Source: Gracilinanus agilis
Taxonomy: Eukaryota
Reading direction: 5' to 3'
Length of the DNA stretch: 60,667 bases
Assembly (NCBI RefSeq): GCF_016433145.1
Contig: NC_058133.1
Coordinates: 456,890,928 to 456,951,594, forward strand
Under the pieces are notes generated by a model. That model made no database searches and was not told where the DNA came from. It worked only from the letters and a program-made list of their open reading frames with translations. The first letter of the stretch is position 1, and each line of letters starts with the position of its first letter. Below are positions 24,514 to 36,705 of this stretch, one piece after another. Position numbers and translations under genes: made by a program.

Positions 24514-26434
24514 TGAATAAACATTTTCACGGTAGTTTGTGAAACTTTATACCATTGATTTAGTCTTTAATCTTATTTGCAAAGGCTTTATATGTTTTCT
24601 GGAAGGGTGTTAGTAAGTATCATTTGATGGATGCTTCAATGAATGCTATATGGAATGAGCAACCTTTAATGATGCAATGCAAAATACTTAGCACAATATG
24701 AAAAATGCATCTAAGGTACTCTCTCCAAATGTCTTATCAATCCAGAATAAACCTAACTCAGTTTGAAAGCAATATTAGGTATTCATTTTCTAAAAGAAAA
24801 TTTGTAATCTCATGTTTCTTTTTTCTCACTCTCAAACACACACACACATTCGCACCTGTTAGCAATACTACAAAATGACATAATAACTCAGCTCTCTATA
24901 CTACTTAAAGGCTTACAAAGGACTTTTTTTCCTCCCAGAAATCCTGTAAGATTGGTGTTCAAAAAATTATGGTGGTGTAACCCCTTAGAGTAGCATGGAA
25001 AATCAGCATGGTACTGAGGAAAGAGTACTGGATGTGGGCTTAATTCTTGGCTCCCACATTACCCATATGGGTCATGAATGTTATATAACTGCTAGCACCC
25101 TCATTTTACTCATTTGTTGATTCAGTATTCTTCCCACTGCATCACAGTGCCCTGTTTCAACTTCCATCCATCACTAATATTTTCTGATTTTATGAACTAA
25201 TTAGGATGGAGGAGAGCACATGAAATGAAGACAGAAAGAATGAAATTGGCTATAAATTAACCAGACAGGTGACTCAGTGGATTCAGAGCCAGATCTAAAG
25301 ATGAGAGGTCCTGGGTTCAAATTTGACCTTGGAAAACATCCAAATGTTCCTATACACTTTCATTGAAGGCAATTCTTCAAATATTAGGAAATAGCACTTG
25401 TGCTAGGTCTCCAAGGACAAGTAGGATCTCAACAGATGAACGAGTAGGAAGAGAACATCTCAGGTGGAAGACATGACACAAAAATGACACAGAGGTAGGA
25501 AAGTATGTGGTATGTTCATGTGATGCTGAATAATTCAGTTTGGTGGGGTAGGGGCTAAAAGGAGGGAAAGCTCTGGAATGTTAGATTGTGCAGTTTATGT
25601 AGGATGGATTAGAGGGTAGTCTGGAGATAGAGAGACTGGCCAGGGTGTCATTGAAGTAGTCTAGGAGAATGAGAATCAGTACGACAAAGAAGTAATCAAT
25701 TCAAATAGTCAGCACAACTGGTTTCAGGACCCAACTGTGCAACCTGTTAGCTATGTGGCATCAGGCAAGTCATTTCATAACTGACGACCTCCATCTCCTT
25801 TTCTATAAAGTGAGGGGGTTGAATTAGTTAGCCTCTTGGGTTGCTTTCAGCTCTAAGTTTTTGATATTACAAACTAGGCTGGTAGAAGTAGGGCTGCTGA
25901 GAGATAATGGATAAGAGCAATATTATGGCAGAAAGAATAAAACTATCATTACTTCTGACCAAGATCAATTTTAGAGTGAGATTCTAAAGAGGTTGGATGA
26001 CCAACGGTTAGGGAAAGGGAACTCTCGTTTCATTCTAGGTTGGGCTGGAGGCTTCTAAAGGCCCTTCTGACATCCTGTGATTCAGAAGTTAGGGGCTAAT
26101 AGGACATCTAAGTTGAAACTCCCCAAAGGAAGCAAAACTGAGTCCTGAACTCAGAGTAGAAATCAGAGGTAAAGATGTAGATTGATAATCTGTTATATTT
26201 AAAGCTATGAAAGTAGATGGGATCACCAAGAGAAGTATAGAAGACAGAGCTCTAGTAGTATCTTTCTAATCACATTTTGCTAAAGCTATTTAGAGAATTT
26301 CCATTCTCTAATGAAATGGAAGAACCCCTAGGAAGGACAATATGGTTCAAGGGAAAAACACTAGACTCAAAATATGGAAGCCTGGTTTCTAGTTATCTAT
26401 TGATTGACCTCTATGAACTCATTGACTTCTCTCT

Positions 26435-27245
26435 TTTGACTTTGCCACCACTTTGGTTCAGGCCCCCATCTCTTCACACTTGCACTATTCCTATATCCTG
26501 CTGGTTGGTTTTTCTGGCTTGCATCTTTCCTCACTTCAATTTTTGTTCCACTTAGCTATATCAAACTGATCTTTTTAAAGGCAAATTCTGACCATGTCAC
26601 ACACCCCTCCTCAATAAACTCTACTAGCTCCCTATTGTCTCCAAGATCAAATAGAAAACATTAGCTCTTAAAGTCTTCCATAACCCATTCCCTTCCAAAT
26701 GTTCCAGTCTTCTAACTTCTTATGTTATTCCCCATTCCCACAGTCACATACTCTGTGAATTATTCTGTAATCCAGGAACATAGATTTCCTTTGCTGCTCT
26801 TCAAATACAACACTCCATCTTCTGACTTTTCCCTATACCCAAAACTCTCTCCCTCTTCAGCTACATCTCTTGGCTTTCATGCCTTCCTTAAGTCTCAGCT
26901 CAAGTCTATCTTCTATAAGAAGCCTTTCCCAGTCCTTCTTAACTTTAGTATCTTCTCTCTGAGATTATCTCCAACTTGTGCTAAAAATATACTGTTTGTC
27001 TTTTAAATGCTTTGTATGTTTCTCATTTAGACTTTGAGCTCCTGGTGAACAAGAACTGCGTTTAACCTTTCTTTGAAACTCTCAGGCTCAATCAGTCAGT
27101 TTATAATCATTAAGAACCTGCTATGTGCCAGGCACTGTGCTAAGCATTGAGGATATAAAAAGTGTCAAAAGACAGTCCCTGCCCTTGGTAAGCTACAATT
27201 TAATAGAGAGATACTTCACACCGTGCCTAGTACATAGTAGGTACT
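26435..27245 (+). mobile_element. L2 fragment, interrupted near its 3' end by an oppositely oriented L2 3' end (27085-27205)
   Basis: ctgaccatgtcacacacccctcctcaataaactctactagctccctattg...ctataagaagcctttccc; gctatgtgccaggcactgtgctaagc. Confidence 0.8.
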
Positions 27246-27549
27246 ATGTACACAGTAGCAACAATAATGTATGATGATCAACTGTGGATGACTTAATTAT
27301 TTTCAACAGGACAACTCCAAAGGGCTCATTTTGAAAAAAGCTATCCACCACATAGAAGGAAAAGTCAGAGTCCAAATGCAGATTGAAACATACCATTCTT
27401 TACTTTATTTCCCCCCAAAATTTTTCCCTACTGTAATAATATGAGTCTTGTTTCACAACATAACCAGTAAAGAAATATGTGTTATATGATAACATATATA
27501 CAATTTATATCATATTACCTGCCCTTTTACTACTTCTATACACACTATT

Positions 27550-27750
27550 TTTTTTTCAAATCCTTACCTTTGATTTTAGAATCAATATTAAGTATTGGTT
27601 CCAAGACAGAAGAATAGCGAGGGCTGGAAATGGGGGTTAAATGACTTTCTGAGAGTCACACAGCTAGTTAGTATCTGAGGCCAGATTTGAACCTCAGACC
27701 TTCCATCTCCAATCCTGATGCTCTATCCACTCAGTCACCCAGCTGCCCCC
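27550..27750 (-). mobile_element. Older SINE1_Mdo-type SINE
   Basis: Poly-T, then aaatccttacctttgattttagaatcaat...ccagatttgaacc...actcagtcacccagctgcccc. Confidence 0.8.
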
Positions 27751-28544
27751 ATATACTCTTCAATAAAGCAACAATGGCCTCTTTGCAGTTGTGACACTTC
27801 ATCTCCCAACTTCACGCCTTTGCGTTGGATATCCTCTATGAGTAGAAAGTTGCTCTCTTACCTTTTTTACCTCTTAGTTTTCCTGGTCATTGTCAACTCA
27901 GCTCAAATCTTACTCCTCTCTCTTGCCCCAATCTGCTAATGCCTTTCCCTCTTGGAATACTTTACATCTACTCTGTGTCTACTTTTGCACATACCTAGTT
28001 ATTTGCATGTTATCACTCACATTAGAATATAATGTCCTTATTTTTGTCTTTTTAATTCAACCACCCCATTTTACAAATTAGGAAATCAGTGTCCAAAAAA
28101 GGCTAACTTGACTCGCCCAAGGTCACACAGAAATTGAGTAAACAGAGTTGGGATTTAAACTCCTGTTCTCCAATTAAATATAGAATCCATTCTTCAGAAA
28201 CCTCATTGTTCCTTAAGGTCCCTTTCACCTCTGACATTCTCTGATTCTATGAACTGACGAGGATGGAATAGAATTCTCAGGATGTTTAAGACAGAAAAAA
28301 AGAGTGAGAATGTGTTGCAAATTAATGCCTTGCCCGAAATGTTTAAACAAAGATTAAAAAAAAAATTCAGCTCTTCCCATAAACATTGTGCAATGCCAGA
28401 ACTTGAAATGTGACTGAGCCCATTGCAAAATAATAGATGTTTCTCCTTTAATAAGTTTTCAGGGCGCCAAACTTCTGGAAAAGCACAGAATTAACATTGA
28501 GACTGCACCGCACATTGAAGAGAAAGAACCTAATCAATGCTTAC

Positions 28545-28572
28545 CATTAAACTTTTAAATCTCCTATTTTCT
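28545..28572 (-). CDS. VAV3: VAV3 coding exon (exon 24 equivalent), only the last 28 nt visible (ENRRFKSLM); its 5' part lies in the N gap
   Basis: A GAA AAT AGG AGA TTT AAA AGT TTA ATG|gtaagc matches VAV3 ...AENRKFKSLM. The sequence runs directly into Ns at 28573. Confidence 0.93.
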
Positions 28573-28728
28573 NNNNNNNNNNNNNNNNNNNNNNNNNNNN
28601 NNNNNNNNNNNNNNNNNNNNNNNNNNNNNNNNNNNNNNNNNNNNNNNNNNNNNNNNNNNNNNNNNNNNNNNNNNNNNNNNNNNNNNNNNNNNNNNNNNNN
28701 NNNNNNNNNNNNNNNNNNNNNNNNNNNN
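28573..28728. other. Assembly gap (156 N) overlapping VAV3 exon 24
   Basis: N run. Confidence 1.
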
Positions 28729-29209
28729 AATTCCAAAGACAAAATGTATACCTATGCCAATACATTGTTGACAGCTAATTAACAAAATACATTTACTAGA
28801 ATATGGCTGAAGACGCAGCCAGCATCTAGAGGTGGGGAAAAGACCAGAAGGAAATGACAGAAAGAGTCAATCTTTAAGTCAATCGTTAAACCACATTCAT
28901 TTCCCAAGTCTCCATTAAGAATGGATGCAGATACACCAAAAGAACCATCTAGTAATTTCCATGGTTAAATGTGCTAACACAACTTTTCTTTAAAATGCTT
29001 GACCATGAAAAAGTGTAATATACCAATTAGCATTTATGGAAGAGATTTTTTCCTAACAACAGATATTTTTTTCTGTATTAATGAACTGTCTGGCTATGAA
29101 TTACCTCTGCTTTAATTAGCAGCATCAGTGTTTTACATGTATATATCAGACTAAGCAATTATGACCACAAGAAATTTGTAATTTCTATAAAAGTGCTTGT
29201 CCCACTTAC

Positions 29210-29326
29210 TTAATGCTAATTGCGTATTCTCCTGACTCTTTGGTCCTGTGTCGCACAAGATAAGTACTATTTACCCGATTAATAAGTTCAGTCTCTGCCT
29301 GCAGTCTTTCCATTGCTCCTGCATAC
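29210..29326 (-). CDS. VAV3: VAV3 coding exon (exon 23 equivalent), 117 nt, SH2 N-terminal half: (W)YAGAMERLQAETELINRVNSTYLVRHRTKESGEYAISI(K)
   Basis: Peptide matches the VAV3 SH2 as recalled. Acceptor tttcttacag|G, donor ATTAA|gtaagt, phase 2-2. Confidence 0.98.
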
Positions 29327-31162
29327 CTGTAAGAAACAACAGCAAACAGATATTGTTAATGTTACTTATAAACAGCAGAGACTAAGACAACACTTATTTC
29401 CCCCTAAAGTAGATTTGAGCCATTTGTTAGTCCTATCCTAACTGGGCTTTCATTGTGCCTGACACATTTCATATTCTTTATTCCTTTCCATCCATTCTTC
29501 AGTCCAGTAACACTGGCCCCCTTTTGTGCTGTAACAGTAGGGGAATAAAAAGACTGATGGAGTTTGGAAAAATCCTTCCTTTGAAACTGAAAACAAAATG
29601 GATATTTTATGTAGGTCTGGAATAAATTGAGTGTAAGTCTTGCCCAAATCAGGGAGATCTTGTATACAATATTTTCAATTCCTTCATGTTCACTTCATTG
29701 GGGATAAGATTTCTCTAAGTTTCATCAAATTAAAAATCCTCAAAATATGAAGGAATCCTTGCACTAAACAATTTAAGATTTCATTTTTGGTTTTGGAAAC
29801 CTTCATAATTTGTTCCATCCTATCTTTCTAATCTTCTTAGTCCCTATTATACGTAATACTCTTTCCTTTGCTATTTATTTGCATGATACTCCATCTCCCA
29901 TTATGTTTGCATTTTTACTGGTTCTCGCACATGCCTGGAATTCTCTTCCTCCTTGTCTCTGACTCTTGTTTCTAATAACTTCCTCTAAGTTTCAACTAAA
30001 ATCTCACCTTCTACAAGAAGCCCTTCCCAATTTTCCTTAATGTTGTTTTGTTAAATTTATCATTAATTTTAACCTTCTTTTTTAAAATTTTGTGGTCCAA
30101 ATTCTCTCTCCCCCACCCACTCACTGAGAAAGCAAGCAAAATTATAACGATTCTACATATGAAATAATGCAGAACCCATTTCCATATTAGCCATATCATC
30201 AAAAAAGCTAGTTTGGGCTACTACTGGTTCTCTATCTGCCTGTGGTCATGGCTGATTCCCACCCATGTATCACAGACCTTTCTTTCCTTAGGCAGGAAAA
30301 ATGTCTCACTTTGACCTTAGTTGTTTTGGAAGGGAAAGTTGAGGAGACTCAAACTGGAGCTTTACTTTGCCATCTCGTCTCTGCTCCCACTCCTCCTTAA
30401 TGTTTCCTCCCCTCAGAAAATATCTTCAGTTTATTCTGTCTGTATCTTGTTTGTATGTGGCTATCTTTAAATTGTTTCCCCCGTTAAGACTGTGAGCTCA
30501 GGGTCTACTTTATCCTTCTTTGTTATCTCCAGGGCTTAATACAAGCCCTAGCACATAGTAGTTGCTTAATAAACCACAAGCTGATTTGAATTGGTTTTGT
30601 TTTTTGCCCTGACCTGAGCTTTTATGATGTCTGGAATATCTAGTGTAGAGACTCCCTCCACTCATAGCTAGGCAGTGTGTGGTACAGCCCTAGAACATTC
30701 CTTGAAACAATGGAAAGGTAAGTAAGGGACCTGCCCGTAGCAACAGACCTAGTAGATGTCAAAGGCAGAAATTGAGCCTGGGAGGGAGGCAGCTTAGTTA
30801 GTTGGATATGACCCTGGGCTTAGAATCAATCAATCAATCAAAATATATTAAATGCCCACTGTGTGCCAGGTACTGTGCAAAGTGCTAGGTATACACAAAA
30901 AGGCAAAAGACAGACCCTGCCCTCAAGGAATCTGCAGAGTAATGGGAGAAACGACATACACGCAAATATATAAAAAAGCAAGCTATTGTAACAGAAAATA
31001 ATAAATAATAACAGAAGGACAATACTGGAATTAAGAAGGGGTGGGGAAGTCATGGGTTCAAGCTCCACTCCAGACCTTACTGGCAATATGGTCCTGACAA
31101 AGTCATTTAATCTATCTAATCCTTACTTTCCTCATTTATAAAATTAGAGGGCTGGACTAGAG

Positions 31163-31372
31163 TAGGGGTTCTTAACATCTTTTTTTGTCTCATGGACCGT
31201 TTTGGCAGTCTCATGTAGCTTACTGACTCTTTCTGACAAATGATGTTTTTTTTTTTAAATATGAAGGATTACAAAGGAATCCAAAGGTTAGTAAAAATAA
31301 GGATGAAATTTTCCCCCATCCAAATTCACAGACCCCATGGAATCTATTCACTATTCAGGTTAAGAACCAGTG
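31163..31372. mobile_element. hAT-Charlie-type MITE with 8-bp TSD, inserted in a MIR3 tail
   Basis: TIRs taggggttcttaac...gttaagaaccagtg; TSD gactagag (31155-31162) / gactaaag (31373-31380). Confidence 0.8.
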
Positions 31373-32109
31373 GACTAAAGGTAAAGTCCCTTTTAACTCT
31401 ATATCTATAAACCTCTGATATTCCTGACAGTGGGGCTAACCCTCTAACCAGTATCTAATCTGTCTTTCAATTTTTTAAGGAAATAAATAATTATCTTAAT
31501 TCCCTTATTCATCATGTCAAGAGTCTCAAATACAGAGACAAAACCATTTAACTGGAGGCAAATATATAGGTTGCTGCCACATGCAAAATAAGGATAGAAG
31601 CAATCAAATAAAAAGCTACCTAGATAAATATTATTCTATGGCCACAATTTTGCCCTTAAAGCAAAAAGTTGGTACTACATTAATTCTCCAGAAAATTCCA
31701 CCACCATCCAAAAAACAAAATTGCTTCAAATACCTGGATAATTCAGATAAAGCCACTTTTGAAAATAGCTTTATCTGAATTATCTTCATAATTGCCTTAA
31801 CCTCCCTTTTCATTTAGCATGTGCAGACCTGACTCTTGCAATTGACATGGTTCAACCCACAAGAAAAACTTGTTTTCACTGATGGAATAATGATGATAAA
31901 TAAATTTTGAGATATCATCTTCCCCCTGACTTAAAAATGAACATGTTTCAAATCAAGGTAATTTTCTAAAGGAGTAAAAAAAGTGAGTCTGTATCTCTTT
32001 CTTTTAAAGTATCATTTTCTGGAGGTGTTGATATTCATTTATCTCTCCAACAAGGAGTTAAATGCTTGCTGCAAGTTGTTATAGGTATTCCTTATGAAAG
32101 TATACATTC

Positions 32110-32680
32110 AACAAAAATAGATGTCCATTTGTTAGGAAATGGTTAAACAAATTGTGGTACATGAATGTAGTGGAATATTAAATGTGTTATAAGAAATGAT
32201 AAATGTGATAGATACAGAGAAGCATAGGAAGATTTATATGAACCGATGTAAAGTGAAGCTAACATAGTCAAGAAAGTTATATGCACAATAACTACAACAA
32301 AGGAATCACCCCAAATCAGATACACATACATCAAAAGTGAATGCTGCAAAATTATCAAGAACAAAGAAGAATCAAAGGAAGAACTATGAGTCTTTAACCC
32401 AATTCATTTTTTTCCATAAGTGTGAGGCCCACAACTATTGCATAATGCCTTTATTTTCATACCTTTTCAACAGATCAATTAATTATGCTGATTTTCCCCC
32501 TATTTTTCTTTTTGGGCCTTAAAAATGAGATTTTTTTACATGCGTTGCCTCTCGGAGAAATAGAAGGACTACTGGAGGAACTGTGGTAAAATATATATAT
32601 ATATATATACACACACACATATATATATTCATATATATCATATATACAAATACAAAAGATATAAATAAAAACATTTTACT
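32110..32680 (+). mobile_element. Old L1 3' end (ORF2 C-terminus and 3' UTR) with (TA)n(CA)n tail
   Basis: ggaaatggttaaacaaattgtggtacatgaatgtagtggaatatt...gaagatttatatgaaccgatgtaaagtgaag. Confidence 0.85.
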
Positions 32681-33138
32681 AGAAGATGATAAAAAAGGAG
32701 ATGCAAGTTTATTTCAGAGAATTTCTCATTTATCTATTTGATAAGATCAGGAAGAATATAAGAGTATTTTACATGGGATTTCCTTATATGGAATTTTAAT
32801 ATATTTTGTAACTAGAATATTCTTTCTTTGTTCTCATATCTCTGTGTCTAAAATAATGAGGATCTTCCAATTGTTTCATTTCATTTGTCTTATTAGTTAT
32901 GAGCAATAATACTGTTCACTTTAAGAGATCATCATTGCCATGAAGTTCTACATTTTGGCAAGCACATAATGCAAGAGTTATGCATGCTGCTCCCTTGTGC
33001 CCTGAATTCCCAGACTCTTAATGGATTTATTTATTTTGTAAAGTGCATCTCATTTTCAGCCTCATTTAGTTTTTGCCTCTGAAATTATTACCTTTGTGAC
33101 TGCAACACCCAGTAATGACATGTCAGGAATGACTAAGC

Positions 33139-33723
33139 AAGGATTCTTAGCCTGGGGTCCACAAATCACCAGAGGATTCATGGGTAAATTTCAAAGGGTC
33201 CATGAACTTGGATGGAAAAAAGTTACATCTTTATTATCACAAATATCTAACTGAGATCTAGCATTTCTTCCAATTATTTAAAAATAATATTCTGGTACAC
33301 AGTAACCACAATATGTACAATGTTTAACTGTGAATAACAAGAATCCAAGACAACTCCAAGGGACTAATGATGAAAAAGGTTATCCACCTCCATAGGAGGA
33401 ACTGATGGATTCCAAATGCAGATTGAAGCATAACATTTTTCATTTTATTTCCTTCATGAATTTTCTGTTTATAAGTGATATGTATCTTATTTCACATGAA
33501 GAACATGGTAATATGTACTACATGATAGCATATAAACAAATCTCTATCATATATTGCTTGCCATCTTAGGGAGGGAGTGAGAAGGGAGAGAACATGGGTT
33601 ACAAAAAGTCAGAAAATGATTATTAAAAATTGTATCTACATGTAACAAAAATGTTATTCTGAGGAAGGGTCCATAGGCATTACCATACAGTGAAAAGGGT
33701 CCAGGACAAAAAAAGTCCTCCTA
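33139..33723. mobile_element. hAT-Charlie-type MITE split by an L1 3'-UTR insertion (33295-33646)
   Basis: gattcttagcctggggtccac...gggtccatgaacttggatgg and attctgaggaagggtccatagg...gggtccaggacaaaaaaag. The insert is flanked by the 15-bp TSD aaaaataatattctg / aaaaatgttattctg. Confidence 0.75.
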
Positions 33724-34402
33724 GACTAGAGGAAGCAAAGGAAGTTCTAGCTTTCTATTCTTGTAGTTACATTTTCTTCCAAAGATTTTCAACTTGATCA
33801 ACTATGTTATTGACACTGTTTTCCAAGTACCTAGTCATTTTTTATTATGATTTCTACTTGGATTTCCAAGGAAAATGAGTATCTCAAATTAATCTAGATA
33901 GAATATGGCACAGACTCCTACTTCTGCCACTTTCTTATGCCAAACCCCTGAGCAAATTCAATTTCCAAGATCCCTGGAGAGATCTGGGATGGAGGATAGA
34001 CAATGGAGCCAATGAAAAAGAAGAGTTTGGGTCAGGAATACATTGCAGGCTCACTTTGAGTTGTTCTAGGTCTTGATTAAGCCAAAATAATTAGTTAAGA
34101 TTATTGAGTAAACACTCATATAACTCAGAGAGCAGTTATAGTGGGAAATTGAGCTAGATCTAGGGAAATCTAGAGATTTCAATCATTTTTTATATTTTAA
34201 GTTCAAGAATATGAATAAAATATCTAGCCATTTTAAATAAAGAGGATCTAGGGAAAATATTTATGAGGAAAATGCCCCTCCTTGGAAATTATGACAAGGC
34301 AATAATTAATACTGCATATACATCTCCTCTTGAATTTTCCATTGTTACTTCAAATATAGAATCATAGTAACAGTAATAAAAGAGACTTTAGTAGTTATCT
34401 AG

Positions 34403-35250
34403 TGTAATGCAGGATTGTTTACTTAGGCAGGCAGGGACACCCCTAAGCCAAGCCATTACCCTCATTTGTTAACCTGCTAGACCACTCTACATCAGTGCAG
34501 TGGAATTTGTCCCTGGCTGAGGGGCTGGTTCCCTCAGCCTGTTCCTACCTTCTGAGACCTTCTGCCAGCACTGATCTTCACCCTTAGCAACAGTTTCCCA
34601 GACCTTAACTCTCTTCCCTCAGCTTACCCTTGCATTTATTTAATAAACCCCTTGGCTTTATTTAAAGAGCTTCAGTTGATTCATTTATATCATCAACTAG
34701 GGCCAGGGACTGAGAAGAGGGAAAGATAATTATCACTAGATTCCTGAGGGGCTGGACCAGGCATCCATCTTGCTTCCTGTTGGTTTCAGTTTATCACCTG
34801 CAAGGAGGGGCTCCTCACTCCTCACCTTAAGGAAGCTTAGAGACAACCGGGAGACTGAATAGAAACAGCTCAGCCCAGGCTCACACAATCCTGGCTGACC
34901 CAATTCAACCCATACTGAAGTTAATAGTATCGCTGCCTGGAAGATTCAGTTGGTACCACCCAGGCCTCCCTAATATAAGCCTCTTTAGCCTATTTATTTG
35001 TTGATAACATCTGGCGAGTACAGTTAGGTTAAACAGCCTACAAGAACAATCAAAATGGGAGTAACTAGGGTACAATTTATATTATCCAGTTTCTCAGTCT
35101 TGATTTGGTCCATTATGCAGGGAGCCTTAGATTTTTTGGTTCCACAAAGTACCAAGATTTGTTCATCAATTACTTGAAATATATGATTACTATAAGTGGT
35201 GTGGCATAACATTGACAGAATTTATTTGCTTCATCCCGACGGCTTTGGCG
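34403..35250 (+). mobile_element. ERV remnant: 607-bp 5' LTR (34403-35009), PBS and ~240 bp of internal sequence, inserted into an L3 fragment
   Basis: TGTAAT...ATAACA termini, internal AATAAA (34642), immediately followed by tc-TGGCGAGtacagttagg. The flanks continue an interrupted L3 3' end. Confidence 0.7.
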
Positions 35251-35488
35251 CAACTCTTTTTGTGAACAAGAATTCTCCCCTACCATAGACACAACAGCTA
35301 GTCATTTGGCCATTACCTGAAAACTTCCAGTGAGGGAAAAACCACTGTATCTAGGGGCAATACATTCTACTTCTGAGCAGTTCTAATCATCTAAAAATTA
35401 GTTCCTTTGAAATTTCCATTTATTGAAACTATATGGCCATGAACTATGGGACCATCCAGAACAAGTACAATCCTTTTCTTGGTATTTA

Positions 35489-35712
35489 TTGTTCAATAGT
35501 TTCAGTCATGTCTGAATTTCTATAACCCCATTTGGGATTTTCTTGGCAAAGATACTGGAGTAGTTTGCCATTTCCTTCTCCAATTCATTTTATGAATAAG
35601 GAAAATGAGGCAAACAGTGTTAAGTGACTTGCACAGGATCACATAGTTAATAAATATCTGAGTCCAGATTTGAACTCAGGAAGATGAGTTTTCCTAACTC
35701 CAGACCTGATAT
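35489..35712 (-). mobile_element. MAR1
   Basis: gggattttcttggcaaagatactggagtagtttgccatttccttctcc. Confidence 0.85.
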
Positions 35713-36553
35713 TATATATACATATTTTACTAGAAGACAACATAATTTGTTTAAAAATGAATAGATTGATTTCCTTTCAAGATTACATCTTCTTCTTGAC
35801 CTACCTATATCTGATAATAGTAGGGACTACCATATTCCCCTCATTCCAGTCCCAGACTTTTGTGTTCTCTTTGAATGTAATCTGTCTCTTGACTCTATAT
35901 CCAATAACTTGCCAAATCTGGGAAAGTCTTTCCTAGTGTTTCTTGCATCCATTGTCTCTTTCCTATTTCTATGGCTGTTAAACTAATGCAGACCCTTATC
36001 CTTCAATCTTTACAAAAGTCTCCTCATCCTCCTCAGTTCACTCCTAACTTCTAGTCTTTCCCAAAGCCATTTTTTTCACTTTATTAATTCCTCTTCCAAA
36101 AACACTGTTTTCATCACACTTCCTTGTTCAATCATTAACAATGGCTCCTTTTCAATGAAAAGCTATAATTCAGACCATTTAATATGACCTTCAAATCTCT
36201 CTACAATATGCTCCCAAACTACTTTTCAACTCTATGTCTTGCTACTCATTTATGTCTCTCTATCCAAAATGGTCTATAAATCCCCCAAATATGCTGTATT
36301 TGTACTATTACTCTTCTTCTTGCCTAGAAATCCCTTTTCTCTTCTCCTCTATGCCAAGGAAAATTCTGTTGATCAAGTCCTCACCCCATTTCAGCCTCTT
36401 CTGGGAAGCCTTTCTTGACCCTTCCAGGTAGAAAATTTTTATATATTCTCTAAAATCAAATGTTGTTTTTTTTTTGTCTACCATGAGGACAAGAAGAAAA
36501 TGGGAAGTTGAGAAAATTGATTTTGTTAACTGAGAAAATGAATTTAAATTCAA

Positions 36554-36705
36554 NNNNNNNNNNNNNNNNNNNNNNNNNNNNNNNNNNNNNNNNNNNNNNN
36601 NNNNNNNNNNNNNNNNNNNNNNNNNNNNNNNNNNNNNNNNNNNNNNNNNNNNNNNNNNNNNNNNNNNNNNNNNNNNNNNNNNNNNNNNNNNNNNNNNNNN
36701 NNNNN
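36554..36705. other. Assembly gap (152 N) within L2/LINE-derived sequence
   Basis: N run. Confidence 1.

Noticed and set aside
28530-28785. ORFs spanning the N run (likewise 36508-36765)
   Set aside because: Artefacts of translating Ns.
32211-32222. gatacagagaag, identical to the U6 snRNA ACAGAGA box region
   Set aside because: Only 12 nt, and embedded in a clear L1 3' end.
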